60,888 nucleotides of DNA from Rotaria socialis (taxonomy: Eukaryota). The notes below the pieces were generated by a model. It was not told where the DNA came from. It saw only the letters and a program-made list of their open reading frames with translations, and ran no database searches. Shown here piece after piece: positions 1 to 12,476 of this stretch (the first letter of the stretch is position 1; each line of letters begins with the position of its first letter). The position numbers and the translations under genes were made by a program. Where the stretch lies: contig CAJNYD010000131.1 of the NCBI GenBank assembly GCA_905331295.1, positions 62,001 through 122,888 on the forward strand, read 5' to 3'.

Positions 1-1512
1 ACAAGTGACATATCGTCCAACTTTTTACACTAAAACAATATTCAATATAATAGTTCTCATGCAATCAAATTTGTTTTTCTATAAGTAGAATAGCCATTGT
101 TTTAGTTCATGGATATTAGTTGTGTAATAAAGAATAATATTCGATACATTCAACAGTATCGATGACGTAGAGTATAAGAACAGAATAATGATATTGCCTT
201 TCTCTTGTTCAAGGGTACGAAGTACGCGATAAGATCATATGCGAAAAATACAAGATGCTGCTCATAATCTAGCCGATATTCTTACTGTTCTTGTCTCGTA
301 TATAGTTCTATACGTATTTTTATTAGTTGCTAGCGATCGTCCTATCAGAAATACACGATAGATATGCTACATGAATGTAGTTGATATAGATATATTACAA
401 TTTATCTTACTTTGTACCGAGTAAGTTTTCTTTTTCATCTGTTCTGACGATAAAAAACAACAAATAGACCTCTTTCATCCTTCATATATAACTTCAGTTA
501 TTATCACTTTTTTTTTGATTTTCGTTTTACTAGATTCTTTGTGGATAAAGGATTAGTTTTGTTTTTTATTTTGCATACTCGAAAATGATCAAAGCATTTG
601 AAGAAGCTATGACATTTTTGATAGTGATCAGAGAGAATAGTAACAATAATCGAAAGCTAACAAATTTTGATGTCATTTTTCCTGTATAATTGATCATATA
701 CTATTATAAAGGTTCTGTTCTACAGCCGTAATGCTTGTCGCAAGTAAACTTGTATGTGATAAGGAAAGAAATTAAGTAAAGAGGAGTGACAAGCATCTCA
801 AATTTCGACTTTGTTAAAAATGTAACATTATACTTTCGTTTTTCTGTTCTTTTATTGACCAAATTGAAAAAGAATATTATATTCCAGCTTTGTTATGGTG
901 TTCGTGACGAGCATCTCTTACCGGTGATATTACGATGTCCAACTCAAAGCAAAAAATAAAGTTTACTAATTATTAGAGACTACCTTCTCGATGTTCTTTT
1001 GATTCTTAATAAAAAAAGAGAACGCAACCAGAGAATATTATACAAGTGAGAATAAAGCATCAGTGAATGTGACTTGAATTCACATATATTGTGAAGGACG
1101 AAGTGAGTCTAGGAATGTAACCATAATACTTTCTTCTTGTTATTGCTATATCTTTTTTTACTTGTCGGAAAAACAAAATTTCTTATTATTAAAAATGTGT
1201 GATAAAAATATTTTTTATTTTTAGACGTCACTCAACTAAACGCTTTGAAAAATGATCTATGTATAATATTTTGAAAAATCTTTGGTGAACTTTTTAATAA
1301 AATACAACAACAAAAATAAGAAACAACAAATATTATTATTAATTGAATAATTACAAGCATATTAAAAACGCATCGAGTGAATACAATTAACCTATCGTTC
1401 AGGTAATTCATTATGGCATTTTAAATATTTAGTTTTATACAAATAATAATTGATATCGTGCCTCTATATGATCTTAAACAAACTTAGTTTTCAAAATCAA
1501 TTGATATTGAAA

Positions 1513-4500
1513 ATGAATGTGTTTCGTCGTTTCTTCGTAAGTTTTTAATTATATTCTATTTATGAGAAATTGCATATGGATATATTAATTGATACAGATA
1601 CGGCCAACACGTCATACTAAATATCTAATACAAATAATTATTATAATTGTTGTCGTATCTTTGCTTGGATTGTTTCTCGGTATGTCGGGAAAGGGAAACG
1701 AAGCTGTTAAAGAAAATATTAAAGAATATATACAAGAAAAGAGCCAAAAAGAGATCATTCCAACTAAGAATAGAGAACCAGTTGAAGAGGCAAATGAAAA
1801 TGAAATCATTTCATCAACATCAACAAATTGTGCATATAAAGTATAAATAAGAAGAAAATCAAAAAATTCAAAGATAAAATCAAATCTGTTTTTTTTTTGT
1901 AAATTTAGAATTGTCCAAAACTTCGTGATGATGTTATTAATGTACATATTATTTGTCATACACATTTAGATCCTGGTTGGCTTAATTCAGTGGACGGATA
2001 TTTTTATGGTATTCACCATGCAGCTCAACATAATTATAATGGTCAAGCATATAGACATTCGATGCCAAGTGTTTTATCAATATTTAATAATGTCATGAGT
2101 GCTTTACTTGAAAACTCTAAACGTCGATTTGTATTTGCTGAAATGTCTTTTATATGGCGTTGGTGGAAACGTTTAGATGAAGATTTCAAAAAAATTATAC
2201 GTAAATTGTTGAATGATGGTAATGAAAACAAATTGAATTTCTCAAGAGTTTTTAACTATCGTAAGCTTTGTTTTTCTACTTTTAGGACGTCTTGATATAG
2301 CCGGTGGTAATTGGGTTTCAAATGATGAAGCTGTCAGTCATTATGCAGCAATGATCGACCAATGTACATTAGGATTTCGTTTTGTTAAAGATGAACTACG
2401 AATTTGTTCACAGCCTGCAGTCGCTTGGCAACTTGATTTGTTTGGTCACGGACGAGAAATCAATTCTCTATTTGCTCAAGTAGGTAAACTAATTCATTAA
2501 TTCATATAGAAAAAAAATGTGTTAGAAGTGAAAAATACAATGTTTATATTTTTTCTTTTTCAAAAATAAAATCAGATGGGTTATGATGCTATTTTATTTG
2601 GGCGTTTGGATTATCAAGAAAAAGAACAACGAACAATTGAAAAAACTTTACAAATGATTTGGAAAGTAAATGAAAATGCTCGTAAATATTCAAAAAAAAA
2701 TAAAAATACATATTAAAGAAAAACGTTATTTTAAGCGCAAAATGAGCAGTGGTTGTTTACTGGCATTCTTCCAAATCTTTATCATCCGCCAGAAACATTA
2801 GCTTTAAAATCAGATACTATTGGTGCTTTATTGGTGAGTTTTTAATAATTTTGTGAAAAATAAATGTAAATAATCTAAAACTATATTTCTCTCTATACTT
2901 TCAGAGACCGACTGATGCTGATACATTACCAGAATCGGCTTCTGTATATAGTAAACGTTTACTTGACGAGCTCAGATCTCAGGTTTGCTAGTATATCGCT
3001 ATATTTTCTAATCAAAAGCTTTTTGTTTTATAGCAAAGCAAATATAATAGTACTAATATAGCTGTTATATACGGTGGTGATTTTGAATACGAAGATGCTA
3101 CACAGTACTTCCAAAATATTGATGCTATGATCGATACTATTAATCGTGTAGTAAGCTTGAATCGATGCAGAAACTTTTATTGTTTTATTATTTTTCTGTT
3201 ATTTAGCAAAATAAAACAAATGGTCAAAAGCAATTCCATGTACATTATTCAACACCCTCATGTTTTATACATGCTTTATCACAAGAAAAACGTTCATGGC
3301 CAGTACGCAAAGGCGATTTTCTATCATATGCTCATCGTGCACATGCATTTTGGACTGGATTCTATACGTCAAGGCCAGGCATAAAATTTTATGAACGTTC
3401 CGTTGGAGCTTTTTATCAGGTACACATTTTAGGAATTCATTCAAAAAGACTTCAAATCTATAATGTACTGTATCACCTTAATAGTCTCTTCGACAACTAA
3501 GTATTTATTCGAATTCGATTGGCTTTGATGTTTTATCCAAATTAGGAGAAACAATGGGTTTAATGCAACATCATGATACCATCACGTATAATAAAATTTC
3601 GACAAAGTCTACCGATTATTTCTTTTTTTTCTACGTTTATTAAGTGGCACAAGTCCACTGGTTCATATTGAAGATGCTCTTCGACGAATGCATCGAGCAG
3701 AGACAAGTGGACAAGTATTAATTGTAGCAAAAGAGAACATATTTCAGTTCAGTGTTGTTTTTGTATTTTGAATATAGGCATTAGCTTTGACACTCTATCA
3801 GAATATTTTAACCCCAACAATATCATTAAATTGGTCTACACCATTAATTTTTTGTCCACTTAATGAAAGTTATTGTACACCACTCGCTACCATGCATACA
3901 GTAAGTTATTGATGTTAGAAATTCGAATATCCCAGATCGAACTCGTACAGCGGGAAACGACAGGAAAATGCTGACAATCACTGAAACGAGGTAGCAGTAT
4001 TTCGGTCGGAATTTTTCGGAATTTTTCCTGTGAATTCCCAGCGATTTCCAGTGTTTTCCTGCAGGATACGGTGGGTTTTCCCGCATTTTTCTGCCAGTTC
4101 CCGTAGTATTCGTTCTCCGGAATTATTGACCTGGGATTAAAGAGGAAATGAATGATGAAGCTGTTGAGAAAGAATAATTATCGTAAAATAAGTACCATTT
4201 TTCATTTTATTATTATCAGTTTTCTGCCATTGTCTACAATCCTTCATCAGTATCGAATCAAGTTTGGATACGTATTCCTGTTACGAAACAACAGACAATT
4301 CATCTCGATGCTGCTATTGCCAAGAAATTTTCAATTGATGTTACAGAAATCGGCGTAAAAAATTTATTTACGTATTTCTCAGATAGATTGCTATCTATGT
4401 ATTTATAGACTATCAATTTATCACCAAGTTTTTTAAGAATTCCACTTGGTTTTCCGCGCAATCAAGTCCAAGAATTAATTATTCGTGTTCATGTACCACC

Positions 4501-7500
4501 ATTAAGTTTGCAAGCTATTCCTTTTATTTCATCAAGTAGGTGATATTCTTTTGTGTAGAGAAAATTCGATGCCAATAATAGTAAACATTTTTCCTTTATA
4601 GTAAAGTCAAGATAATCTCTTGAAAAAGAAATCTTGATGTTGAATGAAGATGCATTCTATCGACATACTGAAAGATAATCAGGTTTATTAATAGAGTTTA
4701 AAGACAATTCACTCAGTAAAAATGCATTCTGCTGTCCCTAAAATTCTTCTTGTGTAGCAAAAATATACTTTCTTTGAAAATACCGATTAGATATATTCCC
4801 TATAGTGCATGTAATGAGCTAAGAGTACCTGAAAAAGTACCCTGATACTAGTATGCGACAGGAACCTTCGGATACTGAAGTACCTTAAAATACTTTTAGA
4901 CACGTATTAGGTACTCGGGTGGGTACCCTGCTGGAAAGCTTCTAGTAAATGGGTGCTTGAAGATACTGATCCATTACTCAGCTGAGTAATATTGCACAGT
5001 ATGTTGAGGTGGCCTGCTATCAAAATTGCAGCACGCTGATGATTGAACCTAATCTTTGATCTGTTTGCATTTTTTTTTCTCTCAAAGGAATTTATTACAT
5101 TTTTTCGGTCTAATTTAATTTAATTTTTCCAATTCTGAAAAACTCCAGCAGATCAAATTTCTGGATTTGGCCGGGCTTGAGTTGGTTGAATCTCCATCAG
5201 ACCACTTCATGGTAGTCCGTTCTTAATTTACGATTAAGATCAGCACGTTCTCGACTAATAAATAGTCAAGAAATAATCTAGAAAAAAATAGCATGAAACT
5301 AGATAAGTTTCTTTTGATTTATCGAGTTGTGTGTACGGAGTCGTGTGTGCAAAAGAAAACGATGAGTGAACAGTGGCTACACAGAACGCGACAAATTTAG
5401 GATACCCTGTAGAGCTTTTCTCAGTAAAATTACAGGTGTGGGTACCTGTACAAGTACTGCATCTGTATAATTACTGAGAATTTTCAAAGTACCCATATCG
5501 GATACCCTGTTAAGGCTTGCTCAGTATATGAGTATTCTGAACTCAGTACATGCTCTAGGGTAGTACTCAATAAAATATATTCATTTAATAATTTTAGAAC
5601 AACAGCAAAGTGTTGAACCATTAGTAAGTACAAACTCAAGTTGTTCAATAGAAAATCAAGTAAAAAGTCTTGTTGATAAATTTTACTATTTGAATGACAT
5701 TTTTGATCTTGCTTTTCAATAGCATTATATTTTAACAGTAAATGAACAAGGTTCGATCGTATCATTAAAACTTAAATCGCTTGATAAAGAAATCAACTTT
5801 CAACAAAATTTTTCTTACTATACAAGTAAGTTTTCTTTTCTTAAATATTATTTTCAAGATCATCGTTATTATTCATAGGTTCTGGTAGTGATGGAAAATC
5901 ACATCAACAAAGTGGATTGTATGTTTTCCGGCCTGTTGGTACTAATCCTCCGAAACAAGTTAATATAAACGAATTTTATTGTTTAAAAGTACGAATAAAA
6001 TAAATCTTATTTAATTATTAACATGATAAAAGAATTTTCTTTTCTAATTTTAAAGCGTAAAGGTTATGAAGAAATAACTCAAGTTTATTCGTCTTTTGGA
6101 AGTCAAGTAATTCGTTTACTTGATAGTTCATCATATATAGAATTCGATTGGGTTGTTGGACGATTAGATGCAAAGTATTTCAAATTATTTATCGATAAAT
6201 AACAACATAAATTTATTGTTTAAATAGCGTTGAATTTGTTACTTCTTACGAAAGTAGAGATCTGAATAATGCTGGAACCTTCTATACAGATTCGAGTGGA
6301 AGATCATTGATGAAACGAATGTAAAACGATTGAATCAAAAGAAATTTCTCATCAAACAATTGTGCTTTTTGTTTTGTCTAGACGTGATCAACGTGATGGA
6401 TATCGCTTTTCACAAAGTGAAACGAGTGCTGGTAACTATTATCCGTTAGTAACTGGTATCATAATCAAAGTAAGAAGGCAGTACAACGACAATGAAACGT
6501 AACAAAAGAGTTTCAATAATATTTAGGATGAAAAACAAGATTTACAATTGAGTGTGATTACTGATCGAGCGCAAGGTGGTGGTAGTATCAAAGATGGACA
6601 AGTTGAAATCATGGTGAGTAAACTATTGGAATGTATCTATCGTATTATGACGAAGCAAGCTGATAGACACATTTTCAATTAGATTTTGTTTTGTAATAAT
6701 TTGATTCTCATTCTATAGCTCCATCGGCGTACGATGACTGATGATGGTCTTGGCGTATCTGAAGTATGTCAAATCTAAATAAATATGCATTACTTATTTT
6801 TAAAGTTGATCGATTCTATTTTAGACTCTCAATGAAGTAGATCGTGATGGTCAAGGCATAGTTATTCGAGGTAAATCAAATAAAAGATAATAATACCTTA
6901 CGTTAGTATTTATTAATCACACATTCTATGTATCAATAGGTCGTCATCTACTATCGGTAACTAAAATTGATGAAGGCATTAAATTCTTCCGTGAGCATGC
7001 ATTGAAATCTGTTTGGAAACCAATAATTGCTTTTCAAAATGAATATAATAATCCACCATTGAATTATAAAACAGTAAATTTGTTGATTATCTATCTTAAT
7101 TATTAAATACATACTTATATTTACTAGTGGTCATTACTAAAAACTGATTTACCTCCACAAGTAAACATTCTAACAATAGAACCGCTCAATCAAAATAAAG
7201 ACAGATTATCGATACTTTTTCGTATTGAACATATCTATGAACCTAATGAGCATCCTACATTGTCGAAACCTATTTCAATTCGAGCTGATGTATACAAATT
7301 TACGAAAAAAAATTCATCCTTAAAAATTTGATATATTTCTAGAAAATTTTCAACAACCATAAAATGCTAGAAATTAAAGAAGTAACATTAGGTGCAAATA
7401 TGTACAAGAATGAAGCATTTAAACGATTGAAATGGACGTTAGATGAAACAAACGGTTAATAATTTATTTATTTAAAAATAAGAAAACTTATTCAAAGATG

Positions 7501-7620
7501 TGTTTTCTTTTAGAAGGCAAAAACCAACATCCAGAAGTATCCATTTTTGATGGAAAAACAATTCAATTGTCTCCTATGCAAATACGATCGTTCATCGTTA
7601 AATTAGAAAATCGTGCTTAA
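1513..7620 (+). CDS. GH38 alpha-mannosidase (lysosomal MAN2B1-like catalytic core) with N-terminal type II membrane anchor; many exons
   Basis: Manual splicing gives MNVFRRFF|IRPTRHTKYLIQIIIIIVVVSLLGLFLG (TM), NVHIICHTHLDPGW (Zn motif), GGNWVSNDEA, AWQLDLFGH (nucleophile Asp), FWTGFYTSRP, MQHHDTI, FYTDSSGR, GNYYP, TDRAQGGGS and C-terminal LSPMQIRSFIV; TAA at 7618-7620. Exon at ~4602-4682 is unresolved. Confidence 0.92.
3931..4135. mobile_element. CCCAG-ended MITE (CMC/EnSpm-like) in mannosidase intron
   Basis: Starts CCCAGATCGA, ends TTGACCTGGG; AT on both flanks (2-bp TSD). Confidence 0.7.
4798..5560. mobile_element. Non-autonomous TIR element (CCC termini, GTAC-rich subterminal repeats) in mannosidase intron
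   Basis: Left end CCCTATAGTGCATGTAATGAGCTAAGAGTAC aligns with the reverse complement of the right end, CCCTAGAGCATGTACTGAGTTCAGAATAC; no clean TSD. Confidence 0.6.
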
Positions 7621-7754
7621 TGATTCTTTTTTGCTTTTAATAATATTGCTAATTATCATTAAATAGAATTGTTTTGATTTTTATAATTTATATCTCTAAA
7701 CAAAAATTTTTGTTCTTATTTCTTTTTAATAAAAAATAGCACGGGTGATAATAT

Positions 7755-8662
7755 TTATTTTCGTTGATACAATGGTAATGCATGATCTCCATCGCATTCT
7801 TTATGCATACTTAAATCTATTGTTGGATGCTTTAATAAAAGTTCGACAATACGTGTATTTCCTTTTGAACAACAACGGTCTAACGGTGTTTGTTTATATT
7901 TGTCTGTTGCATTTACATCAGCACCGTGTTCTAGTAATAATTGAGCAATCTAAAAGTAAACATAAGATTTTTACGAATGAAGTTCGCCTTTGTATCATTT
8001 ACTTCATAAAAGTTTTTCGAACATGCATAATGCAATGGCCGAGCTCCACATGAATTTGATTGTTCAACATCGACTTTTTTTGTTTCTAAAAGCATTCGAA
8101 CAATTTCGAGATGACCTGTTGATACGGCTATTATCAGAGGTGTCCAACCAAGCTAAAAAAATAACATTAAAATATATCTTCATCGTGGAAGAAATGTTAA
8201 GCGGAGCTAGAATTATCTGAATCAATCGCTTAATATTCTCATGCTTTCAGTTGTTTACTACTAGACAGTCGATCCGATGTGAACATATCGATGGTCGATC
8301 ATATAAACGGGGGTGTACATCTTAAGCGCTTTATATACTCATGTGAAAATTGACTCGATTATAAAGAGAATGATTCTTTTAGTTCTCTTACTTCATCAGG
8401 TATGTCCGGTCGAACATGACAAACGTCAAGCAAATATTGAACAATATCCTTTGAACCACCTGAAGAAGCCCAATGAAGAACGGTACGACTATCCTAAAAC
8501 ATTCCAACAACTTGTGAAACTTCTATAAATCAACTAAATTTTACTTACACGATCTTTCTTTTTTACACAATCAGGATCAGCATCTATTTTGGCTTTCAGT
8601 TCCTCGAACTTTTTATCATAAGCTAAACAGCAAATTTCTAAATTCGATATATTCATATCCAT
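7755..8662 (-). CDS. PSMD10: Ankyrin-repeat protein, gankyrin / 26S proteasome regulatory subunit 10-like (4 exons)
   Basis: Spliced: MDMNISNLEICCLAYDKKFEELKAKIDADPDCVKKKDR|DSRTVLHWASSGG...|LGWTPLIIAVSTGHLEIV...PLHYACSKN|IAQLLLEHGADVNATDKYKQTPLDRCCSKGN...; the SNLEIC-LAY start and DSRT-LHWA are typical of gankyrin. Confidence 0.8.
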
Positions 8663-8712
8663 TTTAATCTGAAGAAGAAAAAAGATGTTTTTTTCGAAAT
8701 TCTTATTGATTA

Positions 8713-11700
8713 TTAAAAACTTTTCGAGCAAAAGCCTTGTAAACAATTGAATGCTCTCGGTATTTTAAGAATTTGTTCATTTATCAAGTCTAAACTATCA
8801 AGTGAATAATGTCGAATAGCTAACATCGAATATTCTTGTTGAGTATTGATTATTTCCGATTGAAAAATAACAAAATACGATTGACGTGTAGCACCAAGAA
8901 ATGAATATTGTTCAAATTGATCACGTACAACAACTAATATAATTGAGGTTGGTTGTTCTTGAATAGAATCAAGAAAATGTAGTATGATTGATGAATTAGA
9001 AGTTTGTTCAATGGATTGAATTAAAGGTGGCAATGATTCAATTATTTTTAAACATTGAGGCTCAACAGGACGAATCTAAAACAAAAGTTTTTTTGTTTGT
9101 TTTAAAATTCATTTTCTGATTTGTTATTTAACCGATAAATAACCAAGTTTGATAGTTGTTGAGTCTGTATTTTCAACGCAATGAACTGATACATCAGTTA
9201 TACATACTCGTTCATTTACAGTAATTCGATAGGTCCTAGTAAAACAATCTGAATCAGAATTAAGCGAATACACAAACATACTTTCGTTTCCAATTACGAA
9301 TACTTGAATCTGCATCACTTTTCTCCAATCGTACTTGTCGTTCATCATCAAATGTGAGTTCAAGTACAATATCAGTAATAGACTTAAAAACTACAGTTAC
9401 ATCACAAGTTAATTCAATTGGTATAAAGCATTTGAATAATCTAAATAAAAAGAATCTTTCGATGGAGACCCCTGAAGTCATAGTTAAGGTCAATGCAGTG
9501 AATGATTAAAAATGATTTTGATACCTTAGCACATCAAACCTTTCCTAACAATTAGTACGAACAATAATGCATTACAGTTCACTCATTAATAATAAAAAAC
9601 AAGGCAATTTAAAATTTACTTGAAATAGCCTTTATGGTCTGCTTTGAATTCAATGCACGATCCACCGAAATACGCATCATCATGATTTATTAACCATTGG
9701 TTTTCACTCAAAACATTTGGTAAATAAGATTGTAAACTGAGATTATACCATAGATTTTTTGCCAGATTCTAAATTTATTTATTGTAAAAAGGAGGGTGGT
9801 CGTTTTGTGGAGAAATCGGTCCCTTCGAAAAATATGATTCCACCTGTCTAAAATTCTTATGAACAACTTTTCTAGTACATGTATTCCTTAAACCCTTGTA
9901 TTTACAGTGACTAAGCCGGTAGAATCATCCCACGAATATTGCATGTACATTGAGTCTAACCGTTAATGATAAGCAGGCTTTTCATCAAACAAAGGGTTTA
10001 CTCATCGAGCTGATATTAGCATAACTAATACGATATTCAAAATCAGCATTCAAACCCGAGTAGATACGTAAGCTCTTCAGAAAATTTCATTGACTTTTAT
10101 TTTTTTCCGATATTTTCCTCCTGGTCCCCCTCAAAGATAAGTGAAAAATTCGAATCCCTGAAAGCACAACTTCCATCACCTAATTCTCTACTATTTTATG
10201 TCTTCATATCATTTTATATCCTCAAAATTATATTCTATAACTTTAAAGAATTGTTCATTTATCATAGAGGGGGGACCAGGGGGAACATGTTGGAGAAAAG
10301 AATAGTCAATGAAATTCTCTGAAGAGCTTACGTAGCTACTCGGGTTTGAACGCTGACTTTGAATATCGTATTAGTTGCGCTCAGTTAGTAGATTTTTCGA
10401 ATGAAATCTGAAAACTACCAATGGAAAAAAGCATTAAAGCGTGTACGTACGTTGATATCTGTTGAGAAATTTTTGGCGAGCCAGTGCTTTTCTTTAAATA
10501 TTTTTATATCACTTTGTAGCGCTGGAAAGTTGCTATCGAATCGTGCTAATACCACCTCGATCAGTAAATCTTTTGTTTGATGAAAAGCCTGATTACCATT
10601 AACGGTTAGACTCAATGTGCATGCAATATTCGTGGGCTGATTCTACCGGCTTAGTCACTGTAAATACAAGGGTTTAAGGAATACATGTACTAGAAACGTT
10701 GTTTATAAGAGTTTTAGACAGGTGGAATCATATTTTTCGAGAGGGCCGATTTCTCCACAAAACGACCACCCTCCTTTAATCAAACAAGTTTCAACGTTTA
10801 CCAAACCATGAACAAAGAATTGTTTACCAAAACCATCAGAGAAAAATGTTGTTAATGATTTCATATGAAGAACTCTTTGGCTTGTAAATGGTTCTAATGA
10901 ATTCCAAAATCTATATTATTCTTTTAACAATAGCTTTTATAGATCTTGAATCAGAATGGCATACTTTCTATCGTTTTCAAGAAATTCATTTGCATCGAGT
11001 GTTTCAAATATCCAAGCAGGTGCAAATATAGCCGTACTTAAATCACTTTTATAACTTATACTCATTGCCTGAAAGAAGAAAATATTTACTATAAAAAAAT
11101 TAGAAACACAATAAATGTACTTCACATGTATTAAACCCACCACCACCGAAACATCCTCGACCAAAAACATCAATACCAACAAAAACATCTCGGCAACGTT
11201 GTCCAGCATTAATTTTCGATTCTAAAAGCATCTCAGGTACCCACGTATAATTTAAAAATATTCCATCGCAGACATTGAAAAATAATCTAGACATAAACTA
11301 AAATAGAATCTATTGTAGACTAAAAATATTCTTACTCATTGAATTCATTGAGCCGATTTTGCCATTCGAGTTCACCATCTTTCGTTACACTATCGTACCA
11401 AATAATTAAACTATTCGGATCGATTTTTGCACAAGCAGCTTTAAGTTTCGAAACAAACGAATGAAGACGTTGCATATGTTCAGGCTAAAAATAAATTTAT
11501 ATAGAATTCTACTCATCACTGACAGTAGAAAATTTAATATGTTATGTGAAAAGTCTAACCTCAATCGGATTCTCAATATTCAATAGATATCCATCAAAAT
11601 TATACCATGTCATAAGTAATGCAAGAGCATCGACTGCTCGGTCAACATTATCATTCGATGCTAATAATTGACGGCATATTTCTTTTCCATCATCAAATTC

Positions 11701-12188
11701 AGTAATAAATGTCCCTGAAATTATGATTGCATATTCGAATACTGAAAATTGCAGAAGAAACACACAAACCAAGTATTTGAACACCATTTTTATGCGCACA
11801 ATCAATCCAAACTAGGGGTGGTATAGTAACAAGTTCATGAGAAAAATAGACGAATATATCGATTAGATGCCAACGAAAAAAACGATAGCAAGGCTCATTT
11901 GTTTGACAACCTTGTGTATGTCTACAATTAAATAGATACTAAATCCTACATTATAAATTCACAGAACACATCATGTAAATAGATCGAAAAAATTACGTAC
12001 CTATCTTCTAAATATCCTCCTTTCATATCATGACATAATAAAATTTTTTGTCTTGGTGATGTATGACGTGGAACAAGTTGTGCACGTTTATAATGATTTG
12101 TTAAAAATGATGATGATGATGAAAAGTGAAACAAATCATTGAGAGTTTTTATAGAAGAACTAACAGTTGCCGATTCTTTTGTTGTCAT
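8713..12188 (-). CDS. ENGASE: Cytosolic endo-beta-N-acetylglucosaminidase (GH85), multi-exon
   Basis: Motifs ILLCHDMKGGYLEDR, YFSHELVTIPP, GTFITE, FDGYLLNIEN (catalytic NxE), WYDSV, CDGIFLNYTW, VFVGIDVFGRG, STAIFAPAW. Confidence 0.92.
9790..10775. mobile_element. Foldback-type non-autonomous DNA transposon with ~360-bp inverted arms, in ENGase intron
   Basis: AGGAGGGTGGTCGTTTTGTGGAGAAATCGG... mirrors ...CCGATTTCTCCACAAAACGACCACCCTCCT over hundreds of bp; followed by TTAA (left flank imperfect); RR...YY ends plus TTAA resemble Kolobok-type elements. Confidence 0.85.
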
Positions 12189-12476
12189 CTACAATAATAT
12201 ATTACTTTATTCCAAACATATACGCAGTTTTACAAGATCGAATGAAACAGTTGTTCTCTGAATGAGATGATACTGCTTTTATGTTAGTCAACCATTATCT
12301 CTATCGCTATTATATTTCGATGATGACTTCTCTAATAGTAAAAACTTTTTAAAACAAATAAATCAATTGTATTATTATTTGTTTTCTCTTGTCTGTATGT
12401 TACATAAGAAACGATGGATATAGTACATAAGGAATAGGCGCTTTACAAAAAAACCCACACACAGACAGAAACATGA

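Noticed and set aside
1..1500. Possible gene remnants upstream of the mannosidase
   Set aside because: Scattered splice-like motifs only; no ORF or recognisable peptide.
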